Positions 24,500-34,275 of a stretch of DNA of 64,000 nt are shown piece by piece. Numbering within the stretch: the stretch's first letter is position 1; every line of letters starts with the position of its first letter. The stretch is from NCBI GenBank assembly GCA_016658885.1, contig GCA_016658885.1_4807.1; one strand, given 5' to 3'. The position numbers and the translations under genes were made by a program. The notes beneath the pieces were generated by a model that saw only the letters and a program-made list of their open reading frames with translations, did no database searches and had not been told where the DNA came from. Source of the stretch: a phage.

Positions 24500-27400
24500 A
24501 TGTCATTTCCACAACTAAGAGTTAGAAGCGGATATTCATTTAAAGAAGTTTACGGAAGGATGCCTGAAATTTGCTCGCGTCTAATTCAACTTAATTGTCA
24601 CGCGGCAGCGATAGTTGATAACAATACTTGGTGTCACGTTCGCTGGGAAAAGGAATGCCAGAAAAATGATATTAAGCCTATGTTTGGAATGGAGATTCCA
24701 ATCATCGACCCTGATGCGGACCCGAAAAAGGGATTCAAACCGAAGGCTTGGATATTGGCCCTTGACCTGAAATCCTTTTACAATGCGACCACGCTTGCAA
24801 CACAGCGCGGCGGATTGACCCGTGCAGAGTTCGGGGCGCTCGATGGCGTCGTTAAATTCTGTGGCGGGGCCGTGGAGTTGCTGCGGCCAGAGGACTACGA
24901 TTATATAGACGTCAACCCATCATCGTTCCTTTTGGCCAAGCGCCAGGTATTGGCTCACCGCAGCAACGGAAGGCCGCTGGTTTTAACCGGATACAATCAC
25001 ATGCCTTCACCTGAGCACGTTGACTTTGCTTATGCGTGGGAAGTTCGCGACACGGTTAAGCCGCACTGCATCGTTGACGCGGAAGACTTGCGCAAACAGC
25101 TTAAAGGAATCTTAACCGAAGATGAGTTGAATCAAGCAACTGCCAATGCGGTTGACATTGCAAATGGAATCGTTGGGCTTGACCTGAAGCTGCGCAAGGC
25201 GCCGATTATCCACCTTGCTGGTGACATGGTAAAACTTGCTCGTGAGGGTATGGAGTACCGCCTTAAGGCAGGTCACATCAAAGAATGGACTCAGGAATAT
25301 GAGGACCGATTCAACGAAGAGATTCATCAGATTCAGCTAAAAGATTTCGACTCATACTTTCTTGTTGTAGCGGACCTTGTACGATTTGCAAAAACAAAAA
25401 TGCTCGTCGGACCTGCTCGCGGCTCATCGGCTGGTTCACTGGTTTGTTATTGCCTCGGCATCACGGAAGTTGACCCAATCCCGTATAAGCTGCTATTTGC
25501 CCGATTCATCGACGTAAGCCGCGCCGACCTCCCTGATATTGATATTGACTTTGAGGACACCAAACGCTATATGGTGTTTGATTACCTTAAAGAAAAATAC
25601 GGCGAAATGAACGTTGCAAAGCTTGGCAACATCAACACGCTTAAGGCCAACTCAGTAATGGCTCAGGTTGGTAAGAAGTTCAACATTGGATATCACGAAA
25701 CGGCCAACATTAAAAACGCATTGCTTGAATACTCATCTGGTGACGCCCGTTATGGTCACGGTCTGGAGGATACCTTTGCAACAACGACCACGGGCCAAGA
25801 GTTTGTGGCTAAATATCCCGATGCCGCGCGTTGCATGGGTGACCTTGAGATTCACCCGTCCCACACAGGTGTTCACGCAGCGGGAATTATTGTGTGTAAT
25901 GACCCAATCTCTGATTACTGTACGGTAACAGCGGAAGGGATTGCACAAATTGATAAGCCTGACAGCGAATACCTTAACCTTTTGAAGCTTGATGCGCTGG
26001 GCCTTCGTACCCTCGGCATCATTTCTGATACTGGCGTGATAGATGCTGAAACGCTGTACGGCATAAAGCTTGATGATCAAAGCGTCCTTGACATCCTTAA
26101 CGAAAACAAGATGTCAGGCATCTTCCAGTTTGAAGGCGATGCTGTACGCTCAGTGACCAACTTTGTGCACGTTGATAACTTTAACAAAATCGATAACCTG
26201 ACAGCACTTGGTCGACCTGGCCCGTTGTCATCCGGTATGGCCCAGAAATACATTGAACGCGCGGCAGGGCGTGCGCCGATTGAATACGACGTGCCGCAGC
26301 TTGAGCCGTACTTAAAAGAGACTTACGGCGTGTTTCTTTACCAAGAGCAAATCATGGCCGTGGTTAAAGAGATTGGTTCATTCGACTGGGCGAAAACATC
26401 CGCTGTACGCAAAGCGATGTCAGGCCGTAAGGGTGAAGAATACTTTAACAAGCTTGGCGAGGACTTTGTTGCAGGCGCAATCAATAACGGCGTACCGGAA
26501 GCGGACGCAAGAAAACTTTGGCAAGCGATGGCAACGTTCGGGTCATGGGGCTTTAACAAGTCACACTCCGTGTCATACGCGGTCGTGACCTACTGGACCT
26601 TGTGGCTTAAGCGACACTACCCGTTGGAATTTGCCGCAGCCTGCTTACGCGCTGCTAAGGACGAAGACCAGACGATTGCGATACTACGTGAACTTGCGAA
26701 GGAAGGCGTGGATTATGTGCCAATCGACCCTGATCACTCTTCAATGAACTGGACCATCGCGAACGGAAAGCTAATCGGCGGCATCATGAACGCGAAAGGA
26801 TACGGAATGGTGAAGGCAATGAAGTATATCGAAGCGCGTGAAGCCGGAACCTTAACGCAAAAGCAAAAGGACGCATTGGCCAATGCTGAAGTCAAATACG
26901 GCGACCTTACAGAGATGCACACAAAGTTCGGCTGGGCGTATAATGACCCGTATCTGATTGGCGTGACTTCCGGCGCTTCAATACGCCAGATGAAGGAAGT
27001 CGGTGATGACGAGCGTGCAATAGTAATCGGCAAGTTGACAAAGAAAGTGCTTGCAGACGAGAACGAAGCGACACGCATCCGTAAACGACTTGAGCGCGGC
27101 ATCTATACAAAGCACGGCAAGCTTAAAAAAGGTCTTCAAGCTGATGGCCGCTACGCCGAGTTTGACCAGTACGGGAACAAGCTTGAGACTCAGTTCATCG
27201 ACCTTATGTGCAAAGACGACTCGACAGACTCGCCAATGCGCTTCAGGATTCGTCCAGAAAAGTTCCAGAAGTACGGGAAATACATTGCTGAAAACGTCGG
27301 TAACGGCGCATTCTTCCTGATGAAAGGTCGTAAGCTTGAAGGCATTGACATGTTCATCGTCGACGTTATCAAACAGGTGTATCCAGATGGCAACAAATAA
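24500..27400 (+). CDS. DNA polymerase III alpha-like (DnaE family) replicative polymerase
   Basis: 966 aa from ATG at 24500 (GGAGG SD); PHP-like N-terminus; ARGSSAGSLVCYCLGITEVDPIPYKLLFARFID matches conserved DnaE segment. Confidence 0.7.
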   Translation: MSFPQLRVRSGYSFKEVYGRMPEICSRLIQLNCHAAAIVDNNTWCHVRWEKECQKNDIKPMFGMEIPIIDPDADPKKGFKPKAWILALDLKSFYNATTLATQRGGLTRAEFGALDGVVKFCGGAVELLRPEDYDYIDVNPSSFLLAKRQVLAHRSNGRPLVLTGYNHMPSPEHVDFAYAWEVRDTVKPHCIVDAEDLRKQLKGILTEDELNQATANAVDIANGIVGLDLKLRKAPIIHLAGDMVKLAREGMEYRLKAGHIKEWTQEYEDRFNEEIHQIQLKDFDSYFLVVADLVRFAKTKMLVGPARGSSAGSLVCYCLGITEVDPIPYKLLFARFIDVSRADLPDIDIDFEDTKRYMVFDYLKEKYGEMNVAKLGNINTLKANSVMAQVGKKFNIGYHETANIKNALLEYSSGDARYGHGLEDTFATTTTGQEFVAKYPDAARCMGDLEIHPSHTGVHAAGIIVCNDPISDYCTVTAEGIAQIDKPDSEYLNLLKLDALGLRTLGIISDTGVIDAETLYGIKLDDQSVLDILNENKMSGIFQFEGDAVRSVTNFVHVDNFNKIDNLTALGRPGPLSSGMAQKYIERAAGRAPIEYDVPQLEPYLKETYGVFLYQEQIMAVVKEIGSFDWAKTSAVRKAMSGRKGEEYFNKLGEDFVAGAINNGVPEADARKLWQAMATFGSWGFNKSHSVSYAVVTYWTLWLKRHYPLEFAAACLRAAKDEDQTIAILRELAKEGVDYVPIDPDHSSMNWTIANGKLIGGIMNAKGYGMVKAMKYIEAREAGTLTQKQKDALANAEVKYGDLTEMHTKFGWAYNDPYLIGVTSGASIRQMKEVGDDERAIVIGKLTKKVLADENEATRIRKRLERGIYTKHGKLKKGLQADGRYAEFDQYGNKLETQFIDLMCKDDSTDSPMRFRIRPEKFQKYGKYIAENVGNGAFFLMKGRKLEGIDMFIVDVIKQVYPDGNK

Positions 27401-27809
27401 CCGTGAGCAGAAATACATATTCGTGCCTTTGAAGAAGCATTCAGAATCGGTATTGAAGCTTCAACGAATCGAGTCGATGACTGGTGATGGCGTGCCGGAC
27501 GTAATCGGCACCAACCGGAAAGGGCGCGGCTTTTGGCTTGAAATGAAGTTCTTTGAATCGTGGCCTGCAAGGGCCACCACTGCACCTTTCAGAAATGCAT
27601 TTGAGAAAGGCCAATGTAGCTTCCTTTCGTCTTGGAATGATTGGCGATACCCATCATTCGTTTTACTCAAAGTTGATGCTGAGAAGATGTTTTATTTAGT
27701 CCACCCTTCTATTGAATTAAAGCGTTATAATACTGCAGACGTTCAACGTGAGATAATCGTGAAGGGAACTATTCATCACATCATCAAGTATTTAGAGGAA
27801 TTGTCATGA
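27387..27809 (+). CDS. VRR-NUC-like PD-(D/E)xK nuclease
   Basis: 140 aa; GDGVPDVIG...GFWLEMKF; start overlaps polymerase 3' end. Confidence 0.5.
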   Translation: MATNNREQKYIFVPLKKHSESVLKLQRIESMTGDGVPDVIGTNRKGRGFWLEMKFFESWPARATTAPFRNAFEKGQCSFLSSWNDWRYPSFVLLKVDAEKMFYLVHPSIELKRYNTADVQREIIVKGTIHHIIKYLEELS

Positions 27810-29329
27810 AAACACAAGGAATGCGCCACCAATTATTGGCGCTTGATAAAGCAGGCCGCAGAAAATACTTTGCTTATTTTATGGAACAGGGTCTTGGCAA
27901 AACATGGACCGCTTTGGCAGAGTTTGAAAAGCATTTTACCGCTGGCGCATTTGATGCCATGGTTGTCATCGCTCCTAACGGTGTCCACTCGAACTGGATT
28001 CGTCGTGAAGCACCAGAACACCTTTCCATTAAATGGATTGGTCACTACTGGCGCGGCAATGACAAGATGAAGACTAAAAAGGGTAAAGCGCTTTGGGAGA
28101 AGATGTTTGCTGATCACTATCCTGAAGGTGAAGTGCCTGCGCGCATTTTCTCATTTAACATTGATACGGTGAATACGCCAGTCGGTTATCAACACATTGA
28201 GTCTGTCTTGAAGAAGTACCGCTGTTTGATGATCATTGACGAATCGACGCGTATCAAAAATAACACAGCCAAACGCTCCATAAAGGTTGTAGAATTGGGA
28301 CGGCTGGCAAAGGCCCGTCGAATCCTTTCTGGCACTCCGCTGCCGCGCTCGCCTGCTGATATTTACATGCAGTATCATTTCCTTGAAGCTGGCTTGCTCG
28401 GCACCAAATCATTCCGTGCATTCAACTCTGAATTTACAGTGCTTCTTGAAGCGCACGACCCAGAGATGCAGGCCATTCTCAAGAAAATTGGCGGCAATGG
28501 TCATGGTATTCCGCAAGTGCCGCGCAAGGACCAGTTTGGCCGACCGATGTACAAAAACCTTGACAAACTTATCCGGTTGATGGAACCGCACTATTTCCGC
28601 GCCACAAAAGCGGAATACTTGCCGGACCTTCCAGAGAAGGTGTACAAGTTTATCGACTTCGAGTTGTCGCCTAAGCAGCGCGATGTCTACGATGAACTCA
28701 AGAATGAGTACAACTATCTTATGGAGTACAAAGGCGAAGAAGAAAACGTTAAGTTTGAGATGATCGCATCTCGCACTAAGATGAAGCAGGTGACATCAGG
28801 CTTTGTTAAGGTGTATGATGAGATGGTCTACATGGAAGACAACCCACGATTCACGGCCTTTAAGGACTATGTGGAAGGGGTGCTGGAAGACGACCCAGAG
28901 CGCAAATTCATTGTTTGGGCCATCTTTAAGGAAGAGATGAACCAGATTAAGGACTGGCTTGAGTCTGAAGGCGTGGTCACTGGTGTATACAACGGTGAAA
29001 CATCAAAAGAGCAGCGCGAGTTCTTGATTGATGACTTCCAAAAGAACACAGTTGAGAACGGTGGAACGCAAGTCTTAGTTTGTCACGCTGCAGCGGCAGG
29101 CATCGGAATCACGCTTACCGCCGCCGACTTGGCAATCTATTATTCTTGCAACTATGACAACGAGTTGCGCAAGCAATCCGAAGACCGAAATCACCGCATC
29201 GGCACCAAATCAAGCGTGTTGTATGTTGATTTTATTGGTGTTGATACCATCGACGAAGAAATTCAGCGTTCACTAAGTATGAAGTCTATGCTTGCTGATC
29301 ACATCCTCGATGGCAAAAAGATGAATTAA
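27806..29329 (+). CDS. SNF2-family (superfamily 2) helicase
   Basis: 507 aa; GLGKT, DESTRIKN, C-terminal QSEDRNHRIG. Confidence 0.65.
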   Translation: MKTQGMRHQLLALDKAGRRKYFAYFMEQGLGKTWTALAEFEKHFTAGAFDAMVVIAPNGVHSNWIRREAPEHLSIKWIGHYWRGNDKMKTKKGKALWEKMFADHYPEGEVPARIFSFNIDTVNTPVGYQHIESVLKKYRCLMIIDESTRIKNNTAKRSIKVVELGRLAKARRILSGTPLPRSPADIYMQYHFLEAGLLGTKSFRAFNSEFTVLLEAHDPEMQAILKKIGGNGHGIPQVPRKDQFGRPMYKNLDKLIRLMEPHYFRATKAEYLPDLPEKVYKFIDFELSPKQRDVYDELKNEYNYLMEYKGEEENVKFEMIASRTKMKQVTSGFVKVYDEMVYMEDNPRFTAFKDYVEGVLEDDPERKFIVWAIFKEEMNQIKDWLESEGVVTGVYNGETSKEQREFLIDDFQKNTVENGGTQVLVCHAAAAGIGITLTAADLAIYYSCNYDNELRKQSEDRNHRIGTKSSVLYVDFIGVDTIDEEIQRSLSMKSMLADHILDGKKMN

Positions 29330-29342
29330 TATCAAAAATAAT

Positions 29343-29385
29343 TTGACTTGTCACGGAAGATGAGTCATAATTACTTCATCGAAAC
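29343..29385 (+). promoter_or_regulatory. candidate promoter (TTGACT-N17-CATAAT) with conserved downstream TCATCGAAACGAA box
   Basis: Shares TTGACTTGT...gatgagt...tcatcgaaacgaa with the 22044 element. Confidence 0.4.
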
Positions 29386-29403
29386 GAAATAGAGTAATAC
29401 AAA

Positions 29404-29667
29404 ATGGTACGCATCCTTGAACGTTACAAAAATGAAGCTACTGGCGCAATCGCGTTCAAACGTCTTTTGGTCAAAGAAATTGACGGTCTGTTCCGCGTTG
29501 TAAAAGAGTTTGATTATGGCAACGTTGCTGGGGTGAATACCGTCATTATGCCTGGCATCAAGGCATATAAAACCTTAAAAGGCGCTGAGAAGGCTTTGGC
29601 GGCTTGGAAACCTGAACGTTATCAAATGACCCGTGTTGAAGGTCTAATGCAAGAAGGTAAAATATGA
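29404..29667 (+). CDS. hypothetical protein
   Basis: 87-aa ORF. Confidence 0.45.
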   Translation: MVRILERYKNEATGAIAFKRLLVKEIDGLFRVVKEFDYGNVAGVNTVIMPGIKAYKTLKGAEKALAAWKPERYQMTRVEGLMQEGKI

Positions 29668-30221
29668 GTAATATTAATTGGGAAGATGATTTGCCGCAGG
29701 TCGCTCCTGAGAGCATTCAAGAGCGCCTTGCGCGCTTAGTGTCTGAACTGGCAGAACGCCAAGAAGCTTTGACAAAGCTTGAAGATGAAGCTGATGTGCA
29801 AAAGCAGCGCATCAGTGAAATCAAAACTGTTCTGCTTCCTGGCGTTATGGATGAGCTTGGCGTGTCTGAAATCAAGCTTGAGGACAAGACCAACATCAAA
29901 GTCGAGTCAAAAGTTAATGCTTCAATTAAGAAAGAAAATGAATTGAAGGTATTCGATTGGCTTGTCAACAACGGTTACGGCGGCTTGATCAAGTCCAGCG
30001 TCACAGCTGAGTTTGGTCGCGAAGAAATCGAGCAAGCGCAAGAGATTGTTGCCGCGCTGCGTGAAGACGGTGTTGAAGCCACGTTGAAACAAGGCGTTCA
30101 TTCTGCTACACTGAAGTCATTTGTAAAAGAACAGCTGGAAGCGGGTAATCCAGTTAGTGAATATATTAGCGTTTTTGAGTATAAAGAAGCTAAAATAACC
30201 TTGCCTAAAAGCAAAAAGTAA
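29664..30221 (+). CDS. hypothetical protein with N-terminal coiled coil
   Basis: 185 aa; ATGA overlap with upstream gene. Confidence 0.45.
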   Translation: MSNINWEDDLPQVAPESIQERLARLVSELAERQEALTKLEDEADVQKQRISEIKTVLLPGVMDELGVSEIKLEDKTNIKVESKVNASIKKENELKVFDWLVNNGYGGLIKSSVTAEFGREEIEQAQEIVAALREDGVEATLKQGVHSATLKSFVKEQLEAGNPVSEYISVFEYKEAKITLPKSKK

Positions 30222-30280
30222 TTTAACCTTTATCTTGAAATCAGGTTGCCACGAAACTTGATACTATAGGAAAACATCAA

Positions 30281-31141
30281 ATGTCTAAGAAAGAAACTAC
30301 CGAAGTTGCAGTGAAAAACACCCAGATGTCCGCTATGGCTGATTTTGTCGATATGACCGATTTTGGCGCTGGTTTTGAAGGTGCCGATGCCGACGCTTAT
30401 GCCATTCCTTTTATCGTCGTACTGCAAAAGATGTCTCCGATGGTCGACGAAGATGATCCAAAACACGTGCCTGGCGCAAAAGCTGGTATGTTGTACAACA
30501 CCGTTACTGGTGAATTGTATGACGGCAAGAAAGGTGTGCAGATCATCCCTTGCGCATTCAAACGCACCTTCATTCTTTGGGGCGGTCGCGAGTCCGACGA
30601 TAAAGGCTTTAAAGGTGAATTCACCAAAGAGCACGTTGATGCAGAAGTCGCGGCAGGCCGCGCTGTTGAGATCAACGGTAAGGTATTCGTGCCGGACGAA
30701 AACGGCAAGGTGCACGAGAAGAAATCTCCTTACTACGCAGATACACGTAACCACTTCGTGATTCTGTTGAACGAAGAAACTGGTGAATTTGGTAGTGCAA
30801 TGCTGTCTCTGACTTCTTCCATGATCAAGCCGTCTCGCATGCTGATGACCGCTCTGCAGCAGAAGAAAGTTCAGACTCCGCAGGGTCTGAAAACTCCGCC
30901 GACCTTTATGAACATCGTTCGCATGGGTACTGCGTCTCAGTCCAAAGACGGCAACACCTGGTCCGTCCTGAAGTTTGAGCTGGAAGGTCTGGTGCAGGAC
31001 AAAGGTCTGTATGAAGTCGCCAAGGCATTCCACAACGACGTAGTTGGCGGTAACGTTAACATTGACCGCAGCAAGCAGGAAGAAGCAAGCGGTGCCGCTG
31101 GTCCTGTCAATGAAACTCCGACCGACGCAGAAGAGTTTTAA
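30281..31141 (+). CDS. hypothetical protein (possibly DNA-binding/recombination-associated by context only)
   Basis: 286 aa; no motif recognised. Confidence 0.45.
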   Translation: MSKKETTEVAVKNTQMSAMADFVDMTDFGAGFEGADADAYAIPFIVVLQKMSPMVDEDDPKHVPGAKAGMLYNTVTGELYDGKKGVQIIPCAFKRTFILWGGRESDDKGFKGEFTKEHVDAEVAAGRAVEINGKVFVPDENGKVHEKKSPYYADTRNHFVILLNEETGEFGSAMLSLTSSMIKPSRMLMTALQQKKVQTPQGLKTPPTFMNIVRMGTASQSKDGNTWSVLKFELEGLVQDKGLYEVAKAFHNDVVGGNVNIDRSKQEEASGAAGPVNETPTDAEEF

Positions 31142-31158
31142 TCGACAATCAAATCAAC

Positions 31159-31188
31159 AAGGCTGCCGTTTGGCGGCCTTTTATTTAT
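31159..31188 (+). terminator. rho-independent terminator
   Basis: aaggctgcc-gttt-ggcggcctt then ttatttat after gene 30281..31141. Confidence 0.5.
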
Positions 31189-31198
31189 CTGGTGCATC

Positions 31199-31714
31199 AT
31201 GATAGAAAGAATTGTACCGCTACTGAAGATTCTGGCCCTTGTTGGCGCGTTCGCCGCTGGATCATACGTTGAAGACCTTCAGCAAACCAACGCATCACTG
31301 GTCAAGGATAATCAATATCTGACAACGCTTAATGAGCGTAAGGACAAGATAAATGCACTCGAAGAGCAAATTGCATCTTTACAGGTTGAATCGGCATCGG
31401 CATATGAGAAGGGTCGCCAGGAAGCGCAACTGGTTGCTGATGACACTATTGCTCGTTACAAGTCTGGGAATATCAAGCTGCGCGAGCAACTCAGCTGCTC
31501 CCGTGAATTACTCAGGAGTATGCCCGACTCTGCGACCACTGGACGCCTCTCTATCCCAGAAGGAAACTGTGGACTATCAGAAGAGGATGTCAGATTTCTT
31601 GTTCAGTTCGCCGCAGAAACAAATCGATTAAAAGAGAAAGTTAATAGCTTGATTGATACTTATAATCAGGCTAAAATAAAAATCGATCAATTCAATGCAT
31701 CAAAGGAAAAATAA
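31199..31714 (+). CDS. putative i-spanin (Rz-like)
   Basis: 171 aa; N-terminal signal-anchor LLKILALVGAFAAG, coiled-coil body, C-terminal Cys residues; contains embedded lipoprotein ORF in +1 frame. Confidence 0.5.
   Translation: MIERIVPLLKILALVGAFAAGSYVEDLQQTNASLVKDNQYLTTLNERKDKINALEEQIASLQVESASAYEKGRQEAQLVADDTIARYKSGNIKLREQLSCSRELLRSMPDSATTGRLSIPEGNCGLSEEDVRFLVQFAAETNRLKEKVNSLIDTYNQAKIKIDQFNASKEK
31404..31631 (+). CDS. putative o-spanin (Rz1-like lipoprotein) embedded in +1 frame of the i-spanin gene
   Basis: 75 aa; MRRVARKRNWLLMTLLLVTSLGISSC with lipobox-like ISSC, short Pro-containing mature part; start could be 31440. Confidence 0.45.
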   Translation: MRRVARKRNWLLMTLLLVTSLGISSCASNSAAPVNYSGVCPTLRPLDASLSQKETVDYQKRMSDFLFSSPQKQID

Positions 31715-32338
31715 ATGAACCAGATTTATGCAAACATTCGCCAGTGGGCTTCTGACCGTAACATCATCCAAGGTTGCGACCTTAAGGACCAATACCCGAA
31801 GCTTATCAGCGAGTTTGGGGAGTTAACCGATCACGTTGATCAACTCCATGACCTTGTGTTCTTCGACCCTGAAATTGGATATACAGAGCAGGCCATCTGT
31901 GACTTGCAAGCTGCAATCAAGGACGACATTGGCGATTGTCTTGTTGTGTTGACCATCCTGGCGGCGCAAAACGGTACTGAAATCGAAAACATTAATGGCG
32001 GCGGTTGTGCTGATAAAGGCGCTCACCCTCATTCATTCATCCTTCGCCTGGCAAAGACTCTCGGACGGCTTGGTGATGCTATTGCTAAGAATCAGACCAT
32101 GGATATTGACGTCACCATCATGGCCGCAGTCGATTACCTTTCCGGCGTAGCTCATGATTATGGCCTTCGCTTATCCGACTGTGCGCAAGCGGCCTACGAA
32201 GACATCAAGGACCGCAAAGGTGTCATGTACAACGGAACGTTCATCAAATCTACTGATCCAGCTTATGAGCACTCCTGCAAAATGGTAAAGAAGCTGGAAC
32301 TTGAAGACCGTGTGATCAGAGAAGTTACAGGACAATAA
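31715..32338 (+). CDS. putative MazG-like nucleoside triphosphate pyrophosphohydrolase
   Basis: 207 aa; EFGELTDHV and DDIGDCLVVLTILA resemble MazG EExxE/D motifs; tentative. Confidence 0.4.
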   Translation: MNQIYANIRQWASDRNIIQGCDLKDQYPKLISEFGELTDHVDQLHDLVFFDPEIGYTEQAICDLQAAIKDDIGDCLVVLTILAAQNGTEIENINGGGCADKGAHPHSFILRLAKTLGRLGDAIAKNQTMDIDVTIMAAVDYLSGVAHDYGLRLSDCAQAAYEDIKDRKGVMYNGTFIKSTDPAYEHSCKMVKKLELEDRVIREVTGQ

Positions 32339-32340
32339 TT

Positions 32341-33303
32341 ATGACAGCATTAAAACCAATGAAGGGTTGCCAACGTAAGCAGATTATCGAGCGCGGCGAG
32401 GACGTGCCGCTGCCTTGCGGACTGTCATTCAAGGTTGATGGCATACGTGCAATGGCGTATGACAACTTGCCAATGGGCACTTCCGGCATGCCGTTGCGCA
32501 ACGTTCAAATCAAAAAAGAGTTCCTCTTTTTGGGTGAACTAATTCACGGACTTGATGGAGAGCTAATCGACGGCAATCCAAATGATAAGAACGTCATGCA
32601 ACAGGCCTATACTGCATGCATGAATACTGATGCAATCACTAACTTTACATGGTGGGTGTTTGATGACTTCAGCGACCCTGATTTGCCTTTTGAAAAGCGT
32701 TATGCAAACTATCGCGCTAGAGTTGCTGAAGTCAATCAGCACCTCATCAACCATGGTCGACGCCCATTCCTTCGCGCTCTCGAATATCGAAACATCGAAA
32801 ATATGGAACAGTACGCGGCGATGCAAATCGAAGCAGACCAACTTGGCTATGAAGGCTTGTATGGCAAGTCTTGGACGGGCAAATACAAGCATGGCCGCGC
32901 GACGCCAAAGTCACGTGATGTGTGGAAGGACAAGCCGTGGACCGATGAAGAAGGACTGATCATAGACTTCGTTGAGATGATGGAGAACAACAACGAAGCA
33001 TTCATTGATGAGTTGGGTCGCACTAAGCGTTCGAAAGAGGCTGAAGGCTTAGTTGCAAAAGGATACCTTGGATCATTTGTGGTTGTCAATCCAAAATATG
33101 TTGATGAGAAAGGTGAAATGATTCCTTTCCGCGTCTCCGCTGGTTCAATGCCTATGGCAGAGAGAAAAATGCTTTGGGAGAATCGCGAGAATTATCGCAA
33201 CAAGTATCTGACATATAAATTCTTCAACTTTGGCATCGTTGACGTGCCGCGCTCTGCCTTGTATAAATGCTTCCGTGATATTACCGATATGGAGTATTTT
33301 TAA
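32341..33303 (+). CDS. ATP-dependent DNA ligase
   Basis: 320 aa; adenylation motif I SFKVDGIR (KxDG), downstream FTWWVFDDF and EGLYGKS segments. Confidence 0.6.
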   Translation: MTALKPMKGCQRKQIIERGEDVPLPCGLSFKVDGIRAMAYDNLPMGTSGMPLRNVQIKKEFLFLGELIHGLDGELIDGNPNDKNVMQQAYTACMNTDAITNFTWWVFDDFSDPDLPFEKRYANYRARVAEVNQHLINHGRRPFLRALEYRNIENMEQYAAMQIEADQLGYEGLYGKSWTGKYKHGRATPKSRDVWKDKPWTDEEGLIIDFVEMMENNNEAFIDELGRTKRSKEAEGLVAKGYLGSFVVVNPKYVDEKGEMIPFRVSAGSMPMAERKMLWENRENYRNKYLTYKFFNFGIVDVPRSALYKCFRDITDMEYF

Positions 33304-33479
33304 CACACTGGATAAATAATTGGTGCGTATAATCTATCGCGCCGTTTTCTAGAATTTAATATACAGTGTATACATAAAGCCGGAAATTTCCGGCTTTTCT
33401 TTTATTTACCTTTCGCCTTATTTACTTTCAAAACCTTCGGCCTATACTATTAATATTCGTAATCAAAAGGTGAATTATA

Positions 33480-34022
33480 ATGAAATCGAAAACTTTAAAG
33501 ATTGTTTTGATCACCATCATGGCTATGCTGACAGTCTTGTTCTTCACCAAAAGTGCAGCGGCTGAAAGTATGTTTACGCCGCCAAATAGTAATGCCAAAG
33601 TGTTAACGAGATATTTTAACAACGGCCAATCGTTCGAATTTTGCTGGAATAAATATGATGTGATAAAGGAAAGGTTTGACAAGGAAAAGATGTGTGTAAT
33701 GAATGATCGCGGTCGCCAAGTCGTGTCGTTTGTGTTCGGAATGTCAATGGTAAAAGTTGATGCCCCTGAAATCGTTGTCAGGTATAATACATTGGACAGC
33801 GGCCTTGTCGACAAGACATACCCTGTTGCAGTAGACAGCAGGACAGGCGGCGCACTAATACTCACTCCAGAAGATAAATCAGATGTCGTTAACATGCTCA
33901 TCAACAGCAAAGACGTAATCGTGTTTTATCACATTGAAGGCGTATCAGACTACCAAATGGCCTACTATCCACTGCCCTTGAGAGATGCTTCAGGTAATGT
34001 TAAGACACAGGAAGTGCGTTGA
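33480..34022 (+). CDS. predicted secreted/periplasmic protein
   Basis: 180 aa; AAAAGGTGA SD; signal-peptide-like MKSKTLKIVLITIMAMLTVLFFTKSAAA. Confidence 0.5.
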   Translation: MKSKTLKIVLITIMAMLTVLFFTKSAAAESMFTPPNSNAKVLTRYFNNGQSFEFCWNKYDVIKERFDKEKMCVMNDRGRQVVSFVFGMSMVKVDAPEIVVRYNTLDSGLVDKTYPVAVDSRTGGALILTPEDKSDVVNMLINSKDVIVFYHIEGVSDYQMAYYPLPLRDASGNVKTQEVR

Positions 34023-34036
34023 CATGGGTGGTAGTT

Positions 34037-34249
34037 ATGCAGAAAGATTTGGAAGAAAACAAAAGGCTGAAAAAGGCTTTGACGTCTCAAATCTTATCCC
34101 TGTTAGTAAAGCTTATTGGGGAGTCAATTAGCAACAAGGTGGCACGGGCCGCGATTGTGGGTGCAATTGGTATGGCGGGGTATTATTTCGACTTACCAGA
34201 CATTGATACAAGTTCCGCTCCGCCCGTCCAAGTTGAAGCCGTAAAATAA
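34037..34249 (+). CDS. small membrane protein (holin candidate by position)
   Basis: 70 aa from ATG at 34037 (GGTGG SD); hydrophobic helix VARAAIVGAIGMAGYYF; convergent with endolysin gene. Confidence 0.35.
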   Translation: MQKDLEENKRLKKALTSQILSLLVKLIGESISNKVARAAIVGAIGMAGYYFDLPDIDTSSAPPVQVEAVK

Positions 34250-34251
34250 AC

Positions 34252-34275
34252 AAAGGCCCATATGGGCCTTTTTCT
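34252..34275. terminator. bidirectional rho-independent terminator between convergent operons
   Basis: ggccc-atat-gggcc flanked by A-run upstream and T-run downstream. Confidence 0.6.
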
